Of a stretch of DNA of 64,000 bases, positions 23,710-37,069 are shown in pieces. Under the pieces are notes generated by a model. It had not been told where the DNA came from and ran no database searches. It saw only the letters and a program-made list of their open reading frames with translations. How positions within the stretch are numbered: position 1 is the first letter of the stretch; every line of letters starts with the position of its first letter. The DNA lies in assembly GCF_037042905.1 (NCBI RefSeq), contig NC_087245.1:28088001-28152000 (forward strand), given 5' to 3'. This stretch comes from Lytechinus pictus (Eukaryota). A program made the translations under genes and the position numbers.

Positions 23710-26580
23710 ATCATGAGTTTGTCAGTAGTGGTTTCATGGTGAATACGAATAACGAGGTAATATGCGACAAATAATCACATACCATTATTGCGAGAGATAA
23801 AAAAGAATTTGCTATCATGGTATAAAACCACGTTTGTACTACATATGTCCTTTTTGTAATACATCTGATCACATGAAGTGCGATATCTTCTAGTTTTTTG
23901 TTTGATAAATTTCTCGGCACAGAAATAAGCGTCATTTTGTAGTAAAAACCTTTTTCTTTTCTTTTTTTTTTTTGTCAAATTTACTTCAGCACCCCCAGTT
24001 AAAAAAATTAGTTCCCAGGTAGATATAGATACCATATTGTTGTTACACATGATATACTTCTATCCCATTGTAGTATAATCATGTTTACATATATAATACA
24101 TTTTATTTATTTGTTCATTTTGGCAGGGACAGAGTTACATGCATATATATATAGCACCGAACCAGTTCCGTTTTCCCCTATATGAACAAGAAAGAGATAA
24201 GATTCTTACACTATACTACATCTTTGAAAATTTCTTTTCAAATTTCGCAAGGAAAATTACAATAGAAGATATACGAATGCATTATAAACACCCAGTTTGG
24301 CGCCTCTTTGCCCATGCCATGCTGAATTTTCATCATGATGAGCGGTGGCAAAAGCCCCAACATCACGGGTGATTGGGAATCGGTTCCTTTCTCTTCTTCA
24401 CTTCGCCTAACCTGAACGACTTAATGAAATAAAGGGGGCTTGGATAGAGACTCGATCGGTGGTAGAAGGTGCAAGGAAGCATAAATATGGGATTACCAAT
24501 AAGACGAATGATTATAAAGAGGTGCATTGGTCTGTAGTGATCAGAGGTTCAAGGGGAGGAATGGTTGGAGCTTCTCGTTTCAGGAAAGGAGAGAGACATC
24601 TTGTTACTTTTTTGCGTTATGTCTTGGTATTCGTTTTCTCTGTTTTTTTATTATGTAGGCCTACATTAATTTTGTATTTACCCGGCATGTCCATTATCAT
24701 GTTTTCTTTTTTTGTGGGGGTTCCTATTTTTCTTCCTAGTTTAGTGTGTTTTATTCATTTTTTAACCAGTTGTGGGCGGCCTCGGGACCATGCACCCCCC
24801 CCCCCCAAAAAAAAAATACACAAGGTAAGATTGGCTTAAAAGAAAAGAAATAAAAGAAGAAATGGTAAGAAAGTCGAATTCTTTGCTCTCTCGCGACTTG
24901 AGACGTTTATTTCACCTTTAAAATATTGACTTATTACCAAAATGAGCAGGCCTACGAAAATAACGGGTTCAATGTTTGACGGCTCCAGATCCCTTCTCAC
25001 CATTCAAAGGTATAATGATGGAGTCGAGCAACACTCAAAAGCATCGGAGAAATTGGAGAAGAGAAACTGGATGGTTTAAGATGTCTGCGTCAAATTAAAT
25101 TTGCAAATGATGAGGAGAAACACATTGACAGAAATGCGATGCAGGATGTGTGGGTAATCAGGAATAGAAACAAAATTCAATGAAGAGGAAGGAAATTATT
25201 GTGAATAAAAACATACATTTGCAAACTTCTTCTGTGGAAAAAGGGCAAAGTCAGACCTCGATATACAAAGGAAGCAGTAAAGGGTAAATTATTACGAAAG
25301 TAAGAAGGTTGTCAAAATAAATTTGACTTCCTTAATGAGATTGAGTCGATGGAAGAGGAGAGGGGATCGTGAATTGTATTCGGGTACACATACATGCAAG
25401 TAAAAGGGGCATTGTGGATATGTTTTTAAAAAAAGGGAATGGCAGCTTAGGTCTATTCTACTTAAACTGTTTTTAAATATGTTTTAAAATCATATTATCT
25501 TAAAAGAAAACGGAGCATAGCTTTAAAAAATGAAAGACTTTCCGTCAGTTTCTTATGTTTTTTGTTTGGGGAGTTATTTTATTTTTGTCAAGTAAACATT
25601 CTTTTTTTCCTGATTATGCTTTTCTCTTGACGGAATTGGAATAGGAATTATTTTCTTTGACAGAAAAAAAAAGGATTGAGAGGGGGGAAGATAAAGAACG
25701 AGCGGAGAGAAACAAAAAGAGTGGGATGGATAGGGAGAGAGACGGAGGGGGGAGAGATACCTGTAGAAAAGAATGAGAGCTTAATGCACATTACTGTGTC
25801 GTATTGGCAATGATAGATGGTGATGGAAAAAGAGACGCGGTTCTTGATCAAAGGAATTGACAAATGAATGAAGAGATGGAGACAGGTTGAAATGGACGTA
25901 AAGGTCAAGTGCTATAGGAAAGGTATTTTCTGGATAGAACGGCATTTTGGACTTGTCCCAGAATTGAATTGAGACCCTTTAGGGAGAGGCACTAAATTCG
26001 CATTTCGATCGAGGTAAATCGTTTATAACAGAAAAATACACAATGTATATAGGCCTATCAATATTTTGACCAAAGTATTACTTACATTTAAAAAAACAAA
26101 TTATATTTCCGTTTCAGTTGGCTTACATGCGTTCTTCTTCAAACTCAACGTAACGGATTTACAACTTTTAAACTCTTAAGGTAAAGACTGACTGTGAGAA
26201 AGGATTCATGTACGTGTTTGGGAGGGGGGGGGTCACTGAACTCTGCTGGGGTGTCAGGCGTCGACTATAATTATGTTAAAGGGAGAGAAAATGAAGAACC
26301 GTGCTTATTTTTAAATTCCTAATGCTCCTGTGGTTTATTATGATTTTTCACTTTAACCATTTTTTTTTCATTTCAATACTTTTGTATTTATAACAGAATG
26401 CACCAATATCCATTTTAGTATCCACTGCCTTATCCATTTCTGTGTTGTTATCTTGCGCCCTCTCGAGTTTTCTTGTAATTTGTAATCTTATGATCGAATC
26501 CTGTACGTTTTCCTCAAATGAGATCACCACATCAATGGCACATTAGACCTATAATCATTTAATAAGAAATTTATTCTTTA

Positions 26581-26805
26581 CACAGTAAAAACGCTGTTTA
26601 AAATATGTAAACAACGCTGTTTACTATATGAATCGCACAGTAGTTGTTAAACTTACAGTTTAAACAACCATGCTTAATTTATTGAGAATTGAATATTAGA
26701 AATCAAACTTTGTTGTTTAAGATTTTAAACACTTGTTAAATCTGTTTAAACAACTACTGTACGATTCATATAATAAACAGCGTTGTTTAAAAAAATTTAA
26801 CAGTG
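26581..26805. mobile_element. Palindromic MITE, EnSpm/CACTA-like (CAC terminus), right end eroded
   Basis: aaacaacgctgtttactatatgaatcgcacagtagttgttaaac mirrors gtttaaacaactactgtacgattcatataataaacagcgttgttt. Starts TA-CACAGTAAAA. Confidence 0.65.
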
Positions 26806-28662
26806 GCTAATTTTATATGGCGTCATTTCCCAAAGTCTTATCAGTAGCATACGCTACTTGTTCCGATATTTAAGCAATCTCTTTCCATTATATTTCTTTC
26901 TTTGAGTGTTTCCCCTTATGTCTCACTAAGATTGTCTCTTGCTATAATCGTCATTGTATGCAATTAATTAAACACGCTTAAAGACGTAATTTGACTTGTT
27001 TTTATAGGGGGCAACTTGATTCTTTATTTTGTGTTTCTGTGTATTCAACTAGTTCACTGGCGTGCTGTTTGCCCCCCCCCCCCCCCGATTTTCACTCAAG
27101 TTTTTCAATTCATAGTATATTCAATATATTTTTCATCGAACTTCCTCCACTATTTGGCGGTTTTACCTTTCTTTTACACAAATGTCAGGCTTTAGTACTG
27201 AGCAGTTGTTCGTTCTGCCTTTCAAAAAAGGTGAACTTATAAAAACTCGGCTCTCTTAGAATGTTTGCCCCACAACTCCATTAATCATATTGATATTTGA
27301 TAGAATATGTCTAATTATGGAGCTTTCTTTCGGGAAGAGATATGGTTTATTTTTTAGCAATATAAATGAGGCATTATACATTGATTTAATAACGTTTTTA
27401 AGATATTTGGTCATTTTAGATTTTTTTGTGAATTCTAGGCAACCACATTTCCATCAAAGTCTGTTCTATGTTGTAAATATTATTTAGTTTTTTAAGTTTA
27501 AATTAATTGTAAAATGAAATGAAAAGGTATTACATTGAGGTAAACCTGAAATATTTCGCATTTCATGTAATATAAAACAAAATATATACTGCATGTGTGA
27601 CGTCATTGGCTCCCTCATTAGATAAGATGTTTATTCGTCTTTCTATTTCTGTACATACATTTATGCAACAAAGGTGATTGCATTTGGGCAAGAAATGAAG
27701 GCTTCGGGTCTCCTGGTGCCACATAAATGTGACATAAATATATCTAAAACTGAAAGCTAAACAAAATAACAGTAACAAAATATTATACATTGCATAGAAG
27801 TATATTATAAGTGAAAATAGTGAATAAAACAACAAAATACATTATATTGTTTACAGGACATGAACTAAATGAAGAAAGTGAGAAATAATGAGATTAAGGA
27901 TAGTTAGACTGACGTAAACAGCACATGACAAAAGGTAAAACATAAGTCATGAAAAATGGAATTAGCTAATCCTCTTCTACATATCCTGTACAAAATAAAA
28001 GATGAATGAATAGATCAGAATATAATAATAATCTTCAATAAGGCTCCGATTCTAAAATAAAAGTAACTTATCTATTACAACTTACAAATATCAAGGAAGT
28101 AGATTACTACCGCCCATTATATGTGCGTAACTGTTTTGTGAAAATATGAGAAAATTAAAAAAAATCACGACTTTTTTTTATTTTACGTGCAATATTTTTT
28201 TAGCTGGTTTGATTTTCTCTATTTTATTTAGCTCTTGAAAGCGTTGGGGAAACCATGGAGATAATTTAATCTCCTTTGGGAAACGTTACTTCTAATAAAG
28301 GAGTGTCATTCGTTTTGGGGGACGGGAGTCATGTCTCCCCCCTCTCCCCCCCCCCCCCTCCCTCCCTCCCTTACTCTATATCTCCACACTTCTTGGACGG
28401 CCAAGTAATTATCCACTCTCTCTCTTTATTCCCTCTCCGCCACAAACACGCATGTGTGTTCATGTGTTTTTTCTCTTTCTTTCTCTCTCACATCCTCTCA
28501 TTGATCTCTTTGTTTTGCTATGACTCAACAAAGGCTCAAACCTGTATGTTCTGATCAATAAGATAATCTGATTTTTTTTCCGACTGTAAAATCGATATCT
28601 ATTTCAACTGCAGTAGAAGCCAATAGTTTATACTATTTTATTTCAATAATGATGTAGTTGTT

Positions 28663-28830
28663 CATGATGACATGATGATGGTGAGCATGGTGAGGAGGAG
28701 GATGATGATGATAATGATCATAATGATGAGGAGGAGGATATTTATTATAACCATAATAATTAAAATAGTAATGACGAAAATGATTGTAATGATGATGATG
28801 ATAGTGCTAACATAATAATAAAAAATATAA
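28663..28830. repeat. Degenerate (ATG/ATA/GAG)n trinucleotide tract just upstream of the gene 2 acceptor
   Basis: Direct reading. It accounts for the spurious Ile-rich ORF 28662..28844. Confidence 0.85.
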
Positions 28831-28970
28831 TAAGTTATTTTCAATCCTCACAACAAATTATTTGAATTTATTTCTTTGTATATTGTTTCACTCTTTTCAT
28901 TTCCATTGTTCCTCCTCCTTAATTTTCGATTTACAGACATTAAAGACTGGTCTTCTGGTGGCTTTTTGGT

Positions 28971-29684
28971 ATGGCAAACACTTTAGGAATCCGTGTTGTT
29001 CGACCGGTAACACTCCGAAAGTTTCATCAACCTGAGCTCGACCTTTCAGAGGAACGTGACACCGATCCTCTTTTATCGGCCAACAGAGTGCGCACTTCTC
29101 ATCAACGAATGGCAGGGGATTGTCAGCCAAGCAAATCGTGGAATGCACATTCAAATCCACAATCTCAGTCAAGCACTGTCGACCGTAGTACGCAAACACA
29201 CTGCACGGACGATATTCTACACACAGATTTTCTTATTCGGGGCACGGCTGCAGACGACAGAGTAGACATGCCAGTATCGTCTACACTCACACACTATTCC
29301 ATGCACAAAAATAGCCAGGATTTCTCGAATTTCGAGCCGAACTGCCCAAACTCGATGGACTATCACTCTCATGGTGGAACTTTAACCCATTCGTCTCCGT
29401 TTAACGGGATTAAACAAGCAGGATATGACACTTATGGTAGCGAGTTAGAGTATCGAGTTGGAGCGCCGATTCTCGGGGGAGATACTGGTAACGGTGGAGT
29501 TGGTAGCGGCTTTGGTGGCGGACCATTGCTGAAACAAGGTGGATCTTTGGTAGACGAGTTTGGACCCAAAGAGGCGCCACATAAACTTGGAAGTAGCAAG
29601 GATAGCTATACTAAAATGACGAGAGCGGTGACACAGAAACCCGAAGGAATCGGGGAATCATTAGCCTGGCTCAAACGAGAACTG
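28971..29684 (+). CDS. First coding exon (238 codons) of a FAM167/AARD-like (DUF3259-type) coiled-coil protein; 3' exon(s) not found in window
   Basis: Acceptor ttacag|A at 28936/28937, in-frame TAA at 28941-28943, then ggtATGG in good Kozak context. Donor CTG|gtgagt at 29684/29685, phase 0. The exon ends GIGESLAWLKREL, which resembles my recollection of the FAM167 motif IDEAxxWLRxEL. The remainder is low-complexity Ser/Gly/His-rich sequence. Confidence 0.7.
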
Positions 29685-29977
29685 GTGAGTACAGATCCCC
29701 CGATAGATCTTGATTTCACATGTATTTTATAATTTTGTTGAGGTTGATAAAAAAGTGTGTACGGTTGATTCATAATGGCATTAGTGTTTTTTCTTTCTTT
29801 GATTGGCGGTGTTATGTTTTTGCTTTTCATCTTAACAATCGAATTACATTAAAACAGACGTAGATCTATTGTGATATTTTTAATATAACTTAAGCGTAGA
29901 AGATTTTTATATGAATGAAATCAAAATATTCATAAAAGTTGAAAGAAAAATTATTTGAAGGTCGATCTGCATTTATT

Positions 29978-30058
29978 TAGCGCTTTGAGCCGTTATGGGA
30001 AAGGCGCTATATAAAAACTAGCTATTATTATTTTTTTATAATTATTTTCATCATTATT
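29978..30058 (+). mobile_element. Very short L2-type LINE/SINE 3' tail
   Basis: tagcgctttgagcc...gggaaaggcgctatataaa stem-loop followed by (TAT)n. Similar to the tail at 18840-18910. Confidence 0.55.
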
Positions 30059-30108
30059 TATAGGCATGTATGGACATTTATTACTGAAGACGAAATGGGC
30101 TTAGATAC

Positions 30109-31823
30109 CACTGGCGTAAATCCCGGGGGGGATGGGGGGGATATATCCCCCCCACTTTTCGAGGAGGGGGGGATGGCCTGTACAAACATCCCCCCACTTT
30201 TTACGAAAGAAATGAAAAAAAAATCACAAGAGATAATTGTTTTATTGGTGAAAATTCTTCCTGAAATACCGCTTAACACATAAAACAATGTTATTGAATC
30301 ATAAAATGCAAATAAAGAGCCAGTTCACAATTTCCAAACGAAATACTTATGTCCTTATTATAACATTGAAGAGAAACTCCCGTTTCTTCCAATTCATCAA
30401 TGTTGGGGTCTTTGGGAAGGGATTAAGATGGAATGTCAATTCTTTTTTAATGTAATCTCTAATAAAACCATTAAACCATCATGGGGTAAAAAAGATAATA
30501 ATATTGGAGGGGTATTTGCCATATGGACATACAGTGGCGTAACTACGGGGGGGGGGCATGGGGGGCACGTGCCCCCCCCCCCCCCCCAATCGGCTGACCA
30601 AAAAAAAAAAATGGGGAAAAGGAGAAAAGAGGGAGAAAGGAAGAGAAGCGTATAGTGGGTAAGAAAATATTATTCATTATGTTATATTATAATTATGTTA
30701 TGTTACATTACATAAGAATCATTTTTATCATAACTTCATGAAACATAATTTGCCCAGGGCCTACGTCTTCATTGTTCCTGTGCTTGCATTGTCTGTTAAC
30801 GAGATATATAATCCTGTTGTACTAAAACATCCCGTTTTCAAGTCAATATAAACCAAATATATTTCCTAGCACTTGAGTTATCATTGTTTTATGTAGTGAC
30901 ACATGCTTCTTTTTCATGACTCAAAAAGTGATTGCCCCATGTTAAGGTCTTCGTATATATGAAACATTTCCTGTCCGTGATTACATTCGCATTAGTGGAT
31001 TGGTGAGATATGTCTGCTCTTCATGAATTCCTAAAATCGGTCCTTAAAATGTCCCTTCTTCTGATCTGAATATCAAAAATTTTCAGCTCGCGCTTCGCGC
31101 TCGCATAATTTGGATATTGAAATACGTATGGTCCTAGTTAATTCCTACAAAGAAACCTTAGAAAGCCCCACTTCAGGTTTGAATTATCTAAATTTTTAGC
31201 TCGCGCTTCGCGCTCACCTCGCAATATTTGATTAGTGAGATGCGTATGATAATCATGATTGCAATGACTACAAAAAGTGTTTCATGTGTTCAGATGTAAT
31301 TCTTATAAACCAGCAAGCGCTTGGCACTCGCATTACATGACTATGGTGAGATATGCATACTCTTAATGGATTCCTAAAATATATTCCTCAAAATCTCGCT
31401 GTTTGGGGTCAAAATATACGAAAACTTCAGCTCGCGCTTCGCGCTCGTATTGTTTAGCGAGACAGGTACCTATCATGATTACACAAATTTGATTATAATG
31501 TCTCTTTTTAGGTGTGAATATAAAAAAAAATTAGCTCGCGCTTCGCGCTCGCATTATTTGATCAGTGAGATGCATATCCGTTTAATGACATTGTCCAGAA
31601 AATGTCTCTATTAGGTCAGTATAACTGGCAACTGAGCGCGCGCTCACTCAGTGATTCAAACATTTTGCTGGTGCCCCCCTCCCCAATGCCGTGATGACCC
31701 ACGGTACGCCACTGTGGACATATCAATGACAATTCCTTGCATATCTAAAAAACATGATTGCAAAAAAAAATGCCAAAATATTTCAGTCATCCCCCCACCC
31801 ATCAACACGGATTTACGCCAGTG
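30109..31823. mobile_element. hAT-type MITE (outer element, ~524 bp when the nested insert is removed)
   Basis: Perfect 15-bp TIR CACTGGCGTAAATCC / GGATTTACGCCAGTG. Perfect 8-bp TSD TTAGATAC at 30101-30108 and 31824-31831. Confidence 0.92.
30532..31714. mobile_element. hAT-type non-autonomous element nested in the previous MITE, with internal ~110-bp tandem units
   Basis: TIR CAGTGGCGTA / TACGCCACTG. Perfect 8-bp TSD TGGACATA at 30524-30531 and 31715-31722. AGCTCGCGCTTCGCGCTC recurs at about 31085, 31198, 31429 and 31533. Confidence 0.92.
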
Positions 31824-34800
31824 TTAGATACAATAGTTAAGCATGGGGTAACCAACCTTCTTGATGGTCAGAAGAGTGTGTGGGTTGTAAAAGGGCATAC
31901 AGACCTTCACTTCTAGTACAATTTAGAACCCACGTGAGTGACGTGACTCAAGAACGGAACAAAAAAAAACATGATTGGGTTTATACAGTGAAGCACATAA
32001 AGATTACTATATCACTTTTAATGGATCCCGTTTTATCAATAAACATGACAAAAACAAACTGACGTTTATTCAGCCCATTATTCAGGTACATTATTTCTGT
32101 TGTCAAGATCATTCAAGATGTGGACGTTGGATACTTAACTTTTAAGGGGTTTCTGTACCAAAATTATAAAGAAATACTACTCCCTGTTGATTTCATGTCA
32201 AACTGCGCTGTAATCACAAGAAGTGTTTTGGGGCCACTTTTTCCAGAAGGGCGTTGTGAAGCTGTTTGGATTGTTTAAAAAATTTGGGAGATAATGGCCA
32301 AGCGTATTCCACTGACAATTTTCCTTTGATGTATTGTGTTAAACTGGTAGTTTTATGCAGTTCGTCTCCGACATTCATTTGGGTGCGGTGACTGTGTTAT
32401 AAATGGAATGCAGGATTACGCCATTTTCACGATCTCTTTTTATTATTACATAAATCCCTCGTTCCAATTCAATCCTCTTCACCTCACTCTCACAAAGAAC
32501 ACCACTCTGAAAGAGATCCATGCGTGTCAAACAAATAACCTCAACGAATTCATTATTTCGGCACCGAAAAAAACCCACTCTTTCAAAAATGGGTAAGGAG
32601 CAAGCTACTTCCTGTGTAAAGACATGCAGTAGCACAGATTTATAAATGCAAGGATCATCTTAATACACAGTTTAACCAGCTTAGATATACGCCTACTGAA
32701 GATTTTCATAAACGAATGTGACAACTATATACAGCCCGATTTCGTGTTCATCGCATGCGATATTTATTTTGAGAAAGGAGATAAGGGACGATAAACGAGA
32801 TAGGCAAAGCAAACGTGATGTGATTATTAGCAGTAAGGTCATCTTATGGCAACCTTATAATGTTTTATTCCAAGTCTTGGCACGTTCCGTCTTTGATATT
32901 AGAGTGATTATTGTAGATTGAACTGTAAACATGATGTCGATCGAAATAAACTTATACAACACGTTTTACACGTATACATGTATACCTCGTACATTGACGA
33001 TAAAAAAAAAAGAAAGTTAAATAAGCAATTGAAAGGTTATAGGAGTGATCACCTTTTCCAAATGTTGCTTTTACCACTTTAAATGGTTCGATCCAACACT
33101 TACATTGTTGGATTCAGCTTCATGCAAGTTTGGATATAACATTTGGAAAAAATTGTCACTCCAACCTAGTTTCAATTGCCGATTTCTTTTTAATCCCAGC
33201 ATGTATTGCTTCCAAATAAAACAACAAAAATTTGCAGAGCTTATATTATATCTTGGCAGTATTTAATGTAAAACAGCTACAGCTGATATCTTGTGACAAC
33301 AGTTTAAACCGTAATGATCTTCGTCATCCTCCTCCGTCTTGGCAAGAAGTGATCCCAATCAGGCAGGTGCTGAGGAAGGATATGTACTTTCATCATCGAA
33401 TACACTACAAGAACACCGGTGTTGATTTAACTCGAGACCCATTTATGCATGTATAGGAACAATCCATGTTTCGAAGTTTTGACACAACACCAGTTTAGAA
33501 TCAAACCCTTGTTGATTGACTTTGTTTTAGACGCCTATTTGATGTTAGCCCAAAGTAAAACTGGTGATGTTCCAATAACTGTTTTGTGTTTTCCTGTAAG
33601 ACGCTGGGCTGGTATTAACACTGACTTTTGCAGTGTAGGCAGCTAATAAGTATTTTTGCAATACTTCTAAAGTAAATTGGAAGAGGATATACGCGTATTA
33701 TCGCGTATGATATCAGTGATTACAATTTCCTTCATATTTTAGAATTACAATTGACTCTGTCCAGGTTACAAATGCTTTGTCGATTTCCCCCATATGTCAA
33801 ACAAAATATATATCGAGGGGGTGGGTTAACGTCTCAAAAAAATAAGGAAACTCAAGGAAGATAGGTAGTTTTTTTGGTGTGTGGAAAATAGATGTTTGCA
33901 AAAAATTAGATCTTGTCACTATGAGCCCAATATTTTCAAATTAGATCGTTTATCATTCGATTTCTGTCACCGTACTCTGACAAAATGATGAGAAAGTTTG
34001 CACCTCGTTAGCTCATATATCTTATAATTGTCTTAAATATTGTAGGTATCTATCGTTGTAGGTATTTAACGTTCTAGAAACGAATAAGATGTTTTAATTG
34101 CTTTGAAATATGACATACATGGCACGTAGTCTTCGACCATGCAAATCTTTGTGCGGTGAAATTGCCTTATACGGTATATTCCTCTATACTTTAGGGTTTT
34201 TTTCCGTGCCAGCAAATTGGATTTTTGGCCAAGAGATCGGGAAGGATATTCGAGCAAAACTTCCGATTTTACAAGCTTAAATGGAATAGCCTGAATCCTA
34301 ACACATTTATCCAAACATAATACACCTAAAACTTGAAACGCGTTAGTTTATGGGTATCACGAGATCATTTGTTTTATATAGGCCTACATACAATATACAA
34401 GATATGTAAAATCAGCTTTATATTGTACTTATTTGATTTTATTCACTTCCCTCTTGTACTCGGAAATAATCGTTATCTACCAATTGTACTAATGGTGACG
34501 TTTAAGGTTCGAGATAATATGTAACTGAAAAATGATTATATACATGCCATCAATTCTGACTTGTCAATCAATTCCTACATGTTTAAAACTTCAGTTCATC
34601 CATCGTCCTCCGTTGAAATCAATTTAGTTCTTACGACCTAAGCCAAACGACAGCTTAGCTTGATTGATACAAATGTATTTTAACGAACAGTTAGGCAATT
34701 ATCATGAAGGAAATGCGTGTTTCTGTACGTTACTTTGAAGAGTTATTATACAGATTCATCCAGCTGTAGGCGAAGACCTTCATTTCTATAACCCAATCTG

Positions 34801-36507
34801 ATGAAATGCGTCCATCTCCCACACGATTTATATTTGGCAGATGGTTCTTGTATTGTAGCTACGAAGATAAATAATGTGCAGAAGAAGAATACATTCGTCA
34901 TCTCTAATGAGAGGAAATCACACTGTGTTTTCAGAGTCCATTCACCTTCTAGTACAGACATGATGAGTATTTGGATTAATAAAATCCTTCGCGGCCTTAT
35001 ACAGAGGAAGATTTGTGTTTCCTGTCTTTGATGATTACATCTTTATTTCAAAGCAGACGATCGTTTACAAGCTTAGATGAAAGGTTCACTCTTATAATTG
35101 GTTTTGATAAGAAAAAATATTGGAGTTCAATGTTACGGAGTTATTAGTTTTATAAGAAAAATATATATATATATATATTGTGACGTCACAGACGAGCAGT
35201 TCCTCCATTTGCCAGGTTATTTAAATTCCAAAAAGTGTCATTTTTCTCTTTAAAAAAATTGAAAGCGATTTTATGTGTGTTGTGGATGTATTATCATACA
35301 CATCATTCATACCTCATTTTATCAGAAAATATCATTATTCATGTTCCACTAAAAAGAAATGGAATTATTGAAATAAAAAAATTATGAGTTTCATCAAACC
35401 TTCATCATTTTTTGCGGATATTCCTGTTATTAATTTATCAAAATCAACTGTACGTCAGGGGGAACTCCCCTTTAACTAATCTTCCTCAAAATACGTGTCA
35501 AAAGTATAGGGGATGATTGAAGAGTTATTAAACAGAGCTCATTTAAATGAGACATCGATTTCGGTTTAAAGGTTTAAACGAGTTTAAATAAGCCGATTAA
35601 CAACAAAGTGCTGATCATCCTTACAAATTATGTTACAGGCTGACATAAACACTATAGGAAAGTATTATTGTTTGTTGTCTTTTCGGTAAAAGATACAGTA
35701 AACCATGTTGATATTCCGCGACTGGCATGATAAATTAATGCAGTAATTGAATCGTTTCAATTTAATTCATTCATATTAAATTCATCAAGGTGGATGATAT
35801 TGTGATGCTTGATGATTCACGAAAAGGAATGTAAATTTATAGGGCCTATATATATTATATAACACAATCAAGGTGAAGCTAATAAAGAATAAACTAAAAG
35901 TATGTATTATGTTATAGCATAACGACTATGATGTGTAGATCTTTGATAAACTTTTTAATCATCAGTTCGGAAATTGGATATTGAAATGAACATAAAAATG
36001 GCGTATGAAAGATTAACAAATTCGACAGTTAGGCTGTCCGTTAGATCACAACTCTTTGTAAAGCACCGTTTAAATTGAACTTAAAATCAGAATATGGATA
36101 TATAATCAGGGAGGTGGAATAATCAGTGATAATAACAAATACAAATACGTATGTTCATCCTTCAGGCCTATCCTCTTCGACCGGAAGCTAGTTGCAATAA
36201 GAGTTGGACTTACTATAAACATAACTTTTAAAATCAATCACAGTTCCCTTATGATGCCCCATTGATTGATTTAGAAATCAAGTTACGAATTATTCTTATA
36301 TAGTTGCGTTTGATTACAACTATTTCTGCAAAAGGGGCCTGACCAGGGACTTCCTTACCCGTGATCTAAGCTATAAGCCATGACCAAGGATATCAGCAGT
36401 GGTCTGTCTGCACTTGTTCTGACATGGTGTCTCTTAGTCATGGGACCTCCATTGTCCACTCCTCGTGCACCTGGTTTAGAGATGAGCACGTTTGTTATCT
36501 TCAAGAC

Positions 36508-36848
36508 CACTGCTGCATTTATGGGGGCGGGGGGGGGGGGGTCTTGGGGGCACTGGATCACCTCCAAATAATAATAATAAAAATCATAATAATAATAAAT
36601 AGTAGTAATAAATTAATGAATAAATAAATAACATAAATAAAAAAAGATAAGAAACAAAAATTAAAGTAAAGTAAATAAGCTGATCAGTGATGACGATAGA
36701 ATAAAATTCTGGATATTTTATTTAAAAATATGTCAAAAATTTGATTTTCAATTCAAACGGTCAAAAGAAATTTCGTTTAATATTTTAATCCGCTCGATTG
36801 TGACTATTTTGACCCCCCCCTCAAATGTTTTGACTCATTGCGCCACTG
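36508..36848 (-). mobile_element. hAT-type MITE
   Basis: The right end reads CAGTGGCGCAATGAGTCAAAA on the minus strand. TSD ttcaagac/tccaagac (7/8 identical). Confidence 0.75.
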
Positions 36849-37069
36849 TCCAAGACTGCCTATAAAGACGAGGAACATTCGTCATGTATTGCCTGATGGG
36901 AAGTAAGATTGGTTCCAATTCTCAGCAGGTGACTTTCATCATTCCATGCACAGCAGTTATCTGGATTGTAAACTTATACTGTATCTTTCCACGAAGATAG
37001 CGATGCCCCCCCCCCCCCCCTCTTTCATATTGGCAAGGCTTTAAAAATGGCTGTCATGACTGTCTTGAT

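Noticed and set aside
31060..31650. CRISPR-like array
   Set aside because: Eukaryotic context, spacers are ~90 bp and homologous to one another, the array lies within a TIR/TSD-bounded element, and there are no cas genes.
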